In this document: positions 39,629-47,722 of the stretch, in pieces
Layout of the letters: each line of letters opens with the position of its first letter
How positions within the stretch are numbered: the first letter of the stretch is position 1
NCBI GenBank assembly: GCA_903888345.1
Contig: CAISTG010000015.1
Span: 11,474 to 75,473, forward strand
Source: Candidatus Buchananbacteria bacterium
GTDB lineage: Bacteria; Patescibacteriota; Patescibacteriia; 2-01-FULL-39-33
Direction: 5' to 3'
DNA length: 64,000 nucleotides
Position numbers and translations under genes: made by a program
The notes under the pieces: model-generated
Databases searched by the model: none
Told to the model about the DNA's origin: nothing
Seen by the model: the letters and a program-made list of their open reading frames with translations, nothing else

Positions 39629-40774
39629 TTATTTTTTGGCAAACTTCTTTAAAGTTTTACTAATAACCATTACTACTTGCTTATCTAAAACAGTTGGCAA
39701 GATTTTATTCTTAGTTGGTTTAACAACTGAGGCAATCGCTTGTGCTACCGCAATCTTCATTTCCGTTGTTACTTGTTTAATTTTATAATCCAATAAGCCA
39801 CGGAAAATTCCGGGGAACACTAAAGCGTTATTAATTTGATTGGGAAAATCGGATCGGCCAGTACCAACAATCCCCGCGCCCGCCGCTAAGGCGGCCTCCG
39901 GCATAATCTCGGGCACCGGATTAGCCATCGCAAAAATAATTGGCTCAGGTGCCATACTTTTAATCATCGCTGGCGTCAACTGATTACCTTTGGAAACTCC
40001 AATAAAAACATCGGCTCCAATTAAAGCTTGTTTCAAATCACCTTTTAAATGACTCCTATTAGTTTTCAGGCTGATATCACACTTAACAGTATTCAGGTTC
40101 AGACAATCCTGGTAAATTGTGCCGCGGCTATCAAGTAAAATAATATCGGCAACTTGTTGTTCGATTAATAATCTAGCGATCGCAATACCCGCTGCTCCCG
40201 CACCATTGATGACGATTTTTAAGGAAGACAGCTTTTTCTTCGTCACCTTAACCGCATTAATTAAGGCGGCTAAAACTACGATCGCGGTCCCGTCCTGATC
40301 ATCGTGAAAAACCGGAATTGTTAATTCTCTTTCTAATCGTTCTAAAATTTCAAAACATTCTGGCGCCGCAATGTCTTCCAAATTAATGCCGCCGAAACTC
40401 GGTTCAATTTCTTTACAGAATTTAATAATCGCCTCGGGCTCGCGTGAATTAATACATAGTGGTATCGCATCAACCCCACCTAATTCTTTAAAGATCACTG
40501 CCTTACCTTCCATGACTGGCATCGCTGCTTCCGGACCAAGATTTCCTAAGCCCAAAACAGCAGTACCATTACTAACAATTGCCACTTGATTGGAGCGGTT
40601 AGTGTAAATCCACGATTTGCTTTTATCAACACCGATCGCCGCTGAAACCGCTCCGACACCCGGAGTATACGCCAATGACAAATCACTCTGATTTTTGATT
40701 GCTATTTTTGACTTTATTTCGATTTTACCACGATTTTTCTGATGTAGCTCTAATGACTTTTTATTATAATCCAT
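39629..40774 (-). CDS. NAD(P)-dependent malic enzyme (381 aa)
   Basis: LAYTPGVGAVSAAI, VSNGTAVLGLGNLGPEAAMPVMEGKAVIFKELGGVDAIPLCI, NGAGAAGIA. Canonical malic-enzyme motifs. Confidence 0.85.
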   Translation of the reverse strand: MDYNKKSLELHQKNRGKIEIKSKIAIKNQSDLSLAYTPGVGAVSAAIGVDKSKSWIYTNRSNQVAIVSNGTAVLGLGNLGPEAAMPVMEGKAVIFKELGGVDAIPLCINSREPEAIIKFCKEIEPSFGGINLEDIAAPECFEILERLERELTIPVFHDDQDGTAIVVLAALINAVKVTKKKLSSLKIVINGAGAAGIAIARLLIEQQVADIILLDSRGTIYQDCLNLNTVKCDISLKTNRSHLKGDLKQALIGADVFIGVSKGNQLTPAMIKSMAPEPIIFAMANPVPEIMPEAALAAGAGIVGTGRSDFPNQINNALVFPGIFRGLLDYKIKQVTTEMKIAVAQAIASVVKPTKNKILPTVLDKQVVMVISKTLKKFAKK

Positions 40775-40929
40775 ATGTTGAAATATTTAATTGTTCTAAT
40801 TGTATCATTTATACAAAGATATTGCGATTTAACTTTCAAAATCATTAATCGACCGAAAATTAGCCAGCTATGAGCTTAAATGTTATAATATTTAGGCAAT
40901 CAGCTCGAAAAACTAACGCGCTACTTATG

Positions 40930-41487
40930 TTAAAAAAATTTCTTTTAGTCTTCGGTGTTATTATTATTTTTACCGTCTACAGTCTTTATCAATATAATGG
41001 CTTTATCACGATTGGCGACGATGTTGGCGCCAACAACGAAACATCAGCTTTACCTCAGACCCTCCCAACGGCGAGCGCTCCGATTTCTGGCGAGATTGAA
41101 GATGATGATATGGTGCCAGTTGCCACCAACCCGGTAACTTCACCAGCACCCGTTGCCACTCCCGCTCCAGTTAAAACTCCGACCCCCACAACACCAACTG
41201 GCGTCTATCGCAATGGCACTTATAATGGCAATATAGTTAATGCCTACTATGGAAATATTCAAGTTCAAGTAGTTATTAGTAATGGCAAAATTTCTGACGT
41301 GATTTTTTTGAATTACCCCAGTGATCGTCGCAACTCGATCGCGATCAATAATTATGCAATGCCCATCTTAAAATCCGAAACGATCCAAGCCCAAAGCGCT
41401 TCAGTCAACGCTGTTTCTGGTGCCACCTTCACTAGCCAGGCCTTCAATCAATCATTAACTTCTGCCTTAAACCAAGCTAAAATTTAA
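40930..41487 (+). CDS. Membrane-anchored FMN-binding domain protein (flavinylation substrate)
   Basis: N-terminal TM LLVFGVIIIFTVY. Thr/Pro-rich linker. C-terminal FMN_bind motif NAVSGATFTSQAF (flavinylated Thr in S-G-A-T). Start taken at MLKKF. Confidence 0.6.
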   Translation, partial: LKKFLLVFGVIIIFTVYSLYQYNGFITIGDDVGANNETSALPQTLPTASAPISGEIEDDDMVPVATNPVTSPAPVATPAPVKTPTPTTPTGVYRNGTYNGNIVNAYYGNIQVQVVISNGKISDVIFLNYPSDRRNSIAINNYAMPILKSETIQAQSASVNAVSGATFTSQAFNQSLTSALNQAKI

Positions 41488-41489
41488 TT

Positions 41490-42263
41490 ATGAAAGAAAC
41501 TCGAGTCATGATGAACATGCCGATTACGGTTGAAATTACTGATACTTCAGCAACAACTACAGCGATGGAAAAAATATTTTCCTATTTTGAGTATGTTGAA
41601 AATAATTTTAGTGTTTTTAAAAATGATAGCGAAATCAGTCGCCTTAATCGTGGTGAATTACTGCCGGCCGATTACAGTCAGGAAATGAAAGAGGTATTAG
41701 AAAAATCAGACGCCACCAAACAAAGCACTAACGGCTACTTTGATATCTGGATCGCTGGCCGCCTTAATCCCTCCGGGCTAGTCAAAGGCTGGGCCATTCA
41801 CAACGCTGCCAAATTACTGCTGGCCGACGGTTTTAGGAATTTCTATGTTGACGCTGGTGGTGATCTGGAAGCGCACGGTCACAACGCTAACGGCGCCCCT
41901 TGGACTATCGGCATTAGAAACCCGTTTAACTTAAATGAAAATGTTAAAATAATTTACTTACCCGAATCAGGCTTGGGGGTCGCGACTTCCGGCACCTATA
42001 TTCGCGGCCAACACATCATTAATCCTCACGATAACTCAACACCCTTAACTGACATTGTCAGTCTGACAATTATTGGTCCCAACATTTATGAAGCTGATCG
42101 CTTCGCTACCGCAGCTTTCGCTATGGGGCGATCAGGCATCAATTTTATTGAAGGACTCAATGGCTTTGAAGGTTATAGTATCGATCAAGCTGGCCGGGCA
42201 ACTATGACTAGCGGTTTCGAACAATACACCATTAAACCAGCAGTAGCAACTTCTAAAATTTAA
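41490..42263 (+). CDS. apbE: ApbE-family FAD:protein FMN transferase (257 aa)
   Basis: GLVKGWAIHNAAKLL, YVDAGGDLEAHG, WTIGIRNP, GVATSGTYIRG, HIINPHD. Classic ApbE motifs. Confidence 0.75.
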   Translation: MKETRVMMNMPITVEITDTSATTTAMEKIFSYFEYVENNFSVFKNDSEISRLNRGELLPADYSQEMKEVLEKSDATKQSTNGYFDIWIAGRLNPSGLVKGWAIHNAAKLLLADGFRNFYVDAGGDLEAHGHNANGAPWTIGIRNPFNLNENVKIIYLPESGLGVATSGTYIRGQHIINPHDNSTPLTDIVSLTIIGPNIYEADRFATAAFAMGRSGINFIEGLNGFEGYSIDQAGRATMTSGFEQYTIKPAVATSKI

Positions 42264-42266
42264 CTT

Positions 42267-43796
42267 ATGCTAAAATTCATCGACAACTGGCTCAATAAAA
42301 TTACCATGTATCGCCTGATTCTCTACTATTTGATCGGGTTGTGGTTGGTGGCGATTGTATTTTCGGCGCTTGGCATCATGCCTTATCGTGTTTCGGCTTT
42401 ATTATTTTCCGCCTTTTTTATTACCGTTGTTTGCTGGGTAGTTAATAAAGTTTTTGCGATTGTTTACAAAGCGCCGATGAATATGGAATCGCTTTATATT
42501 ACAGCGTTTATTCTGGTGTTAATTATTACCCCCAATCAACCAACTAATTACCTCCAATATCTGTCACTGGCCGGCTGGGCAGCAGTCTGGGCCATGGCGT
42601 CCAAGTTTATTTTTGCCTATCGTAACAAACACATCTTTAATCCCGCGGCCATCGCGGTCGTTATCACCTCCTTCGCCCTTAATCAATCAGCGACTTGGTG
42701 GGTGGGAACCGCGCCGATGGCTTTCTTTGTCATTATTGGCGGTATTTTAATTGTTCGTAAAATCCGCCGTACTGATTTGCTTTTAAGTTTTTTTGGAGTT
42801 TCTCTAACTTTGATTTTTGGTTATTACCTCTGGGTCGGCCAAAATTTCTGGACCATCGCTCAAAATTCACTACTCTCCTCTTCGTTGCTGTTTTTTGCTT
42901 TTGTGATGCTGACCGAACCCTTAACCACACCACCAACGCGCAAACTACGAATTATTTATGGCGCTTTAACCGGTTTCTTGTCCGCGCCCTTTATTCATCT
43001 CGGCTCAATTTATTTCACACCAGAATTAGCACTCGTCTTAGGTAATATTTTTTCCTTTGCCGTCAGTCCAAAACATAAGTTAATTTTGTCGCTCCGCAAT
43101 ATCACGAAGATTGCCAATGATACTTACCATTTTTGGTTTGATAGCGATCGTGAGTTAACTTTTAAGCCTGGTCAATATTTGGAATGGACTTTGAGCCACC
43201 CGCAACCAGATAGCCGTGGTAATCGCCGTTACTTTACTATCGCCTCCGCACCAACCGAAAAAGGTATTGGCCTCGGGGTCAAGTTTTATCCCCAGTCCAG
43301 CACCTTTAAGCAACATTTAGCTCAGTTAAAACCCGGTGATCAAATTATTGCTGCTCAATTAGCCGGCGACTTTACCTTGCCAACCGACCCCAACAAAAAG
43401 CTCGTCCTGATTGCCGGCGGTATTGGTATCACCCCCTTCCGCAGCATGATTCAATATTTAATTGACACCAAAGAGCAGCGCGACATCGTTTTAATGTATT
43501 CCAATAATCAACTAGCCGATATCGCTTATCAAGACATTTTGACCGCAGCACAAAAGCAACTCAACCTTAAAACAATTTACGTCTTAACTGATCAAGCAAC
43601 TATGCCAGCCAATTGGCACGGCGAAAAAGGTTACATCGACGCCGCCATGATTACTCGAACTATTCCCGATCACCAAGAGCGATTATTTTATATCTCTGGT
43701 CCGCACTCAATGGTGGTTAGCGCCATCGAAGCATTGAAGCTTCTCAAAATTACTGGTGACCATATTAAAACTGACTTCTTCCCTGGCTTTGCCTAA
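42267..43796 (+). CDS. Polytopic membrane protein fused to a C-terminal ferredoxin-NADP-reductase-like FAD/NAD(P)-binding domain (509 aa)
   Basis: More than 8 TM helices (NqrB/RnfD-like feel). C-terminal RRYFTIASAP (RxYS FAD motif) and KLVLIAGGIGITPFRSMIQYL (NAD-binding). Confidence 0.6.
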   Translation: MLKFIDNWLNKITMYRLILYYLIGLWLVAIVFSALGIMPYRVSALLFSAFFITVVCWVVNKVFAIVYKAPMNMESLYITAFILVLIITPNQPTNYLQYLSLAGWAAVWAMASKFIFAYRNKHIFNPAAIAVVITSFALNQSATWWVGTAPMAFFVIIGGILIVRKIRRTDLLLSFFGVSLTLIFGYYLWVGQNFWTIAQNSLLSSSLLFFAFVMLTEPLTTPPTRKLRIIYGALTGFLSAPFIHLGSIYFTPELALVLGNIFSFAVSPKHKLILSLRNITKIANDTYHFWFDSDRELTFKPGQYLEWTLSHPQPDSRGNRRYFTIASAPTEKGIGLGVKFYPQSSTFKQHLAQLKPGDQIIAAQLAGDFTLPTDPNKKLVLIAGGIGITPFRSMIQYLIDTKEQRDIVLMYSNNQLADIAYQDILTAAQKQLNLKTIYVLTDQATMPANWHGEKGYIDAAMITRTIPDHQERLFYISGPHSMVVSAIEALKLLKITGDHIKTDFFPGFA

Positions 43797-43812
43797 AATA
43801 ATTTATATATGT

Positions 43813-44106
43813 ATGACTGATATTAGAAAATATTCTGACCGAAAAGAATATTTAATAAAAGCAGTGTCCGAGAGAAGAAGAAAACTTCGTGATCTAGCAA
43901 TACAATATAAAGGCAATAAGTGTGAAATCTGCGGCTACGACAAATGCCGACAAGCTCTTGAATTTCATCATAAAGATACCACCTTGAAAGACTTTGGCAT
44001 TTCGGCCAAGGGATATACGAGAGCATGGAAAAATATTAAGAACGAACTGGATAAATGTATTATGGTATGTGCTAATTGTCATCGAGAACTCCATAATAAT
44101 ATTTAA
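43813..44106 (+). CDS. Free-standing HNH endonuclease (97 aa)
   Basis: CEICGYDKC...EFHHKD...CANCHRELHNN. Complete HNH/His-Me finger with both Zn-ligand Cys pairs. Confidence 0.75.
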   Translation: MTDIRKYSDRKEYLIKAVSERRRKLRDLAIQYKGNKCEICGYDKCRQALEFHHKDTTLKDFGISAKGYTRAWKNIKNELDKCIMVCANCHRELHNNI

Positions 44107-44111
44107 ATTAT

Positions 44112-44145
44112 TAAAAAAACAGAGACTTAATTCTCTGTTTTTTAA
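44112..44145. terminator. Bidirectional rho-independent terminator
   Basis: acagagactta-attctctgt hairpin between A7 and T7 runs. Confidence 0.55.
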
Positions 44146-44166
44146 AAAATATTTGAAGTTAGATTT

Positions 44167-44370
44167 TTAACCTTTTAAATATTTACCGGCAACACTCAAA
44201 GCAAATGAAGGCAAGATAATAAAAACGATGGCAAATAAAAGTCTGATCAAGATTTCGCTAATAAATGAATCCGCCTTATCCGGACCAGAGCCAGTAAACA
44301 CCACTAAGAGTCCAATAACCCCGAAGGCAATCGAAGCACCAATAAAAATCTGCGTGGCAATTTTTTGCAT
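44167..44370 (-). CDS. Small membrane protein (67 aa, 2 TM), unknown
   Basis: Hydrophobic ORF with no motif. Confidence 0.4.
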   Translation of the reverse strand: MQKIATQIFIGASIAFGVIGLLVVFTGSGPDKADSFISEILIRLLFAIVFIILPSFALSVAGKYLKG

Positions 44371-44457
44371 ATTTTTGGTTTAATTTAAGGGCTTAGCCCT
44401 GAGGCGTAAAGCGCCACCAATAACGGTGGTGACAAGTTACAGTAAACAAGTTCTAGG

Positions 44458-44763
44458 CTCAGCGGACTGGATTCGAACCAGTAACCTACCGGTTACACTT
44501 ATCCCTAACTTTCGTTAAAGCGTGGACTATATCATTACCTTTTTTCCTGACGGAATTTTAGGTATCGGGCGCTTCGAATTAGCTACTGCTAACCCTACTC
44601 CCTTGCGGGATAGTCTCTGCACCTTTCCGCCGAGGCGGACTTGGCTCAGGATTACCATTTTAAAGGCTTCCCTGAATTCACCCGATTTTCATTCCGAAGT
44701 TTCCTTCGGAAGCTGCGTCTTATTTGTTCACAGCCGGTTGCTCTACCATTGAGCTACCGCTGA
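44458..44763 (-). tRNA. tRNA-Asn(GUU) interrupted by a 234-nt group I intron in the anticodon loop (between nt 35 and 36)
   Basis: 5' exon (44730-44763): TCAGCGG TA GCTC AATGGTA GAGC A ACCGG CTGT. 3' exon (44458-44495): TAA CCGGT AGGTT ACTGG TTCGAAT CCAGT CCGCTGA G. Spliced loop CUGUUAA and G73 match E. coli tRNA-Asn. Acceptor, D, anticodon and T stems are all perfectly paired. Confidence 0.8.
44496..44729 (-). ncRNA. Group I self-splicing intron (tRNA-anticodon-loop type)
   Basis: Contains the conserved R element GTGCAGAGACTATCC (consensus GUUCAGAGACUA) and S element GATATAGTCC (consensus AAGAUAUAGUCC), which form P7. P/Q-like AATTCAGGGAAGCC / AATCCTGAGCC. Internal guide GCAGCU pairs with the exon end GGCUGU with a U-G pair at the splice site. 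The intron ends in G (omega-G) before TAACCGGT. Too short to encode a protein. Confidence 0.75.
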
Positions 44764-44910
44764 GCTTAAAGCTTGTTTATATATCATCCGTTTTTTAACG
44801 GACTTATTTTAAGGTAGCGATGTTAATCATATTAGCAATAATTTCGACCTTTGTCAATAATTTATTGGCTGTGGACAAACCACTAACGATTACACTAATT
44901 ATTTAAATTT

Positions 44911-44939
44911 CTTGACATTTTTTTAAAAATATGATAAAA
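44911..44939 (+). promoter_or_regulatory. Candidate sigma70 promoter for the 45011 sugar-transferase gene
   Basis: TTGACA (44911-44916), 17 nt, TAAAAA. Strong SD aaaggag 8 nt upstream of ATG 45011. Confidence 0.4.
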
Positions 44940-45010
44940 ATAACGATGCTCTTTCACAATCACCAGCCCTCATTATTAGAGGGTAATTAACACTAAAAGG
45001 AGTTGACTCA

Positions 45011-45658
45011 ATGCAAGCTAAGCATGATTTGCGATATTTAGACTTACTACTATGCGCCATCATGATTATTCCCATGGCGTTAACAATTATGATTTTCGCG
45101 CTACTGATTAAACTCACTACCAATCATTCCGCTTTCTTTATCCAAAAACGAATCGGCCTGAATGGCGCGATTATTAACGTCGTTAAGCTCCGAACAATGT
45201 ATGAGCAGGAAAAAACCAACTGCTTGGGCCGATTTTTGCGGCGCTTTGGTCTCGATGAACTACCGCAAGCCTGCTGGAATATTCCCCGCGGCGAAATGTC
45301 GTTTTTCGGACCACGCCCCTTGCCCCTAGAAGAGGCCGGGGCTAACATTGTCAGCGGTCGAACCTGTCGCCGCTCCGGCATTATCAATATCTTTTCAGCC
45401 ATTGCCGGTCCAGCTAAAGGCCATCAGCCGACGGAACTGCATTATTATTTCGAAGACTTCGAATTGCAACATTGGTCAAAATTATGGATAGCCAAGCTCA
45501 TTCTGGCTTTGATTCATTCATTGTTGTGGCGCAAAAACATGGCGGCGCGTTTAAGATTCTTCGGTTTTGACCAGCAACTACTGGAACTACTGAAGGAAAC
45601 GACCAACCGCACACCAGGAGATAATCATGGGATTTCATCGATGCCAATACTGCCTTGA
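45011..45658 (+). CDS. Second bacterial sugar transferase-family protein (polyprenyl-phosphate glycosylphosphotransferase-like), 215 aa, in a GC-richer segment
   Basis: N-terminal TM. DELPQACWNIPRGEMSFFGPRPLPLEE (DELPQ...GPRP motif). C-terminal amphipathic helix similar to gene 35186-35770. Confidence 0.65.
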   Translation: MQAKHDLRYLDLLLCAIMIIPMALTIMIFALLIKLTTNHSAFFIQKRIGLNGAIINVVKLRTMYEQEKTNCLGRFLRRFGLDELPQACWNIPRGEMSFFGPRPLPLEEAGANIVSGRTCRRSGIINIFSAIAGPAKGHQPTELHYYFEDFELQHWSKLWIAKLILALIHSLLWRKNMAARLRFFGFDQQLLELLKETTNRTPGDNHGISSMPILP

Positions 45659-46268
45659 ACCAACCAGGGAGCCACATCAATTTCCCAATCTGTCGACTGG
45701 CGATATTAATTTATCGTTCACTAGTGGACGGAGTTGGGTCATGCCGGATATGATCTGTCATTACATGGCAGATCACAAGTGGTTACCCCCGCAAGATTTC
45801 ATCGACGACGTGCTGACTAGCAAGCTCTGCATAAAGCACCAAGGCTCGAGTGGCTACCAAACAGTTGCCCAATCAATTAGGCGAGTAACTACTATTATGA
45901 CCGGAACTAAAATCGGTTATCTAACCGGTGATTTTACCACCGGAACTGTACCGCCCGGTTTCCTAGCTCGATTGAAGATACTAATGGATTTGGCCACGAC
46001 TAATTTAATGCGGGTGCAAACCAAAGGTTTACCGCCAGCCTACATTAAATCAGCGGCCATCAAGGATCAAAACGGCGTCGTCTATGTTGGCCATCGCCAT
46101 CACAAAATCTTCCCGCTGATGCCCGAAGAATTGATTCGCGACAGCGTCCAGGGATTCGTCACTAATGCCGACCGCTTCGTTACTCGTGAAGAAGGCGCCG
46201 CTATCGCTTATACTGCCGGGCAAATTCCCGAACCGAAGAAGACTTTATTTTCCGAAGATCTTTATTAA
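45627..46268 (+). CDS. Hypothetical protein (213 aa), possible Cys/His metal-binding N-terminus
   Basis: ORF overlaps the previous gene by 32 nt (start uncertain). HRCQYC...CHYMADH. No confident family. Confidence 0.4.
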   Translation: MGFHRCQYCLEPTREPHQFPNLSTGDINLSFTSGRSWVMPDMICHYMADHKWLPPQDFIDDVLTSKLCIKHQGSSGYQTVAQSIRRVTTIMTGTKIGYLTGDFTTGTVPPGFLARLKILMDLATTNLMRVQTKGLPPAYIKSAAIKDQNGVVYVGHRHHKIFPLMPEELIRDSVQGFVTNADRFVTREEGAAIAYTAGQIPEPKKTLFSEDLY

Positions 46269-46275
46269 ACAACAA

Positions 46276-46309
46276 CGGCCACCCCGCAAGAGGTGGCCGC
46301 TTTTTTTTA
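46276..46309. terminator. Bidirectional rho-independent terminator shared by the convergent genes ending at 46268 and 46358
   Basis: cggccacc-ccgcaaga-ggtggccg followed by T8. The reverse strand also has a T-rich tail. Confidence 0.6.
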
Positions 46310-46327
46310 TATTTATGATAACTACAG

Positions 46328-46357
46328 GATTCCCGCCTTCGCGGGAATGACAGCGGA
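46328..46357. repeat. GC-rich hairpin element GGATTCCCGC-cttc-GCGGGAATGACAGCGG, a member of the ATGAC(G/A) repeat family
   Basis: Perfect 8-bp stem ATTCCCGC/GCGGGAAT. Shares the GGATTCCCG...GGAATGAC framework with the element at 53459-53497. Abuts the rpoD stop codon. Confidence 0.5.
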
Positions 46358-47644
46358 TTAGTAATCACGTAACTTTTCAATACCTTTAATCTTCATCACT
46401 TTTTCTAAGGCTTTGGCTTCGATCTGACGGATACGTTCGCGAGTCACATCAAATTCCTTACCAACTTCTTCTAAGGTATGAGCCACACCATCTTTCAAGC
46501 CAAAACGCATTTCCAAAACTTTTTGTTCTCTAGGCGTTAATTCGGACATCACCTCTTTAACATAATCGCTCAAGATTTCTAGCCCAGCAGAACGATCGGG
46601 CGTCATGGTCTTCTGGTCTTCAATAAAATCTTCCAACACACTATCTTCGCTATCATCACCAACTGGCGTGCCGAGTGAAATAGTTTCTTGCGAGATTTTA
46701 ATAATATGATTAACCTTATCCAAATCATCACCCATTTCCGCCGCAATTTCCTCGGGCATTGGTTCACGTCCTAAGTCCTGTACTAAGCGTCGTTCCACTT
46801 GTTGGAAACGATTAATATTTTCTACCATATGCACCGGAATACGAATCGTACGGGATTGATCAGCGAGTGATCTAGTAATTGCCTGGCGAATCCACCAGGT
46901 AGCATAAGTCGAGAATTTGTAACCTTTATGATAATCAAATTTTTCAACAGCACGGAAAAGACCGATGTTGCCTTCTTGAATCAAGTCTAATAATGATAAA
47001 TTTTTACCAGTGAATTTCTTAGCGATCGAAACCACTAAACGTAAATTTGATTTAATTAATTTTTGTTTCGCTTCAGCATCACCACGTTCAATCCGCTTCG
47101 CTAATTGCACTTCCTCATCAGTCGAGAGCAATGGCACCTTGCCGATTTCGCGCAAATACATTTGAATCGAGTCAGCGGAGATATCCCCCAAATCAATATT
47201 ATCAGACAAAGTAATCTTAGCAGTTTTTTTGGCGGTTTCTAAATTCAATAAGCCAGTACCTGGTTTCGCTAGTAACGATGGAGTTTCCACCACTGCCAAA
47301 CTCGCTGCTTCTAAATCATCAAGTAGAGTTTCATATTTATCGAGATACTCTTCGATTTCCGGAAACAAAAAAGAAATTTCTTGTTCCGTCACAAAACCAC
47401 GCAACTTGCCCTTTTTGATTAAGGCGTTGATCTCGTCCAAGTTCGGCTCCACGATGACGTGTGGTTCTGGCTTCGGAACAATAACTTTCTTGAATGGTTT
47501 TTTAATGGCCTTAGGCTTCAAAAATTTCTTAATTGGTTTTTTAACGACCTTCAAAGATTTTTTGGCAACAACCGGCTTGACGATTTTTTTGATCGCCTTT
47601 TTAACTTTAACGGGTTTAACCGCTTTCTTAATTGGTTTTTTCAT
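46358..47644 (-). CDS. rpoD: RNA polymerase primary sigma factor (sigma70/RpoD) with an unusual Lys/Pro-rich N-terminal repeat extension
   Basis: Region 2 [58 protein letters not shown]. Region 4 [28 protein letters not shown]-terminus is [27 protein letters not shown]... Start at MKKPIKK (47644). Confidence 0.85.
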   Translation of the reverse strand: MKKPIKKAVKPVKVKKAIKKIVKPVVAKKSLKVVKKPIKKFLKPKAIKKPFKKVIVPKPEPHVIVEPNLDEINALIKKGKLRGFVTEQEISFLFPEIEEYLDKYETLLDDLEAASLAVVETPSLLAKPGTGLLNLETAKKTAKITLSDNIDLGDISADSIQMYLREIGKVPLLSTDEEVQLAKRIERGDAEAKQKLIKSNLRLVVSIAKKFTGKNLSLLDLIQEGNIGLFRAVEKFDYHKGYKFSTYATWWIRQAITRSLADQSRTIRIPVHMVENINRFQQVERRLVQDLGREPMPEEIAAEMGDDLDKVNHIIKISQETISLGTPVGDDSEDSVLEDFIEDQKTMTPDRSAGLEILSDYVKEVMSELTPREQKVLEMRFGLKDGVAHTLEEVGKEFDVTRERIRQIEAKALEKVMKIKGIEKLRDY

Positions 47645-47722
47645 GTGGCTAAAATTAATTCCGACGGTAGCGCACAAGTAGCGCTAGTGTTAGAATGATT
47701 TAAATTAGTACTTCACAAATCA

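Noticed and set aside
44458-44763. First reading of the split tRNA as tRNA-His (anticodon GUG, taking the whole CUGUGAA loop from the 5' half)
   Set aside because: That reading needs the intron to end in U. Using the obligatory omega-G and a U-G pair in P1 puts the splice site after CUGU. The mature loop is then CUGUUAA (GUU, Asn). G73 and the absence of G-1 also fit Asn, not His.
45124-45680. Minus-strand ORFs 45124-45402 and 45498-45680 opposite the sugar-transferase and hypothetical genes
   Set aside because: They overlap a plus-strand ORF with clear family motifs (DELPQ...GPRP) and have no RBS. They are likely spurious.
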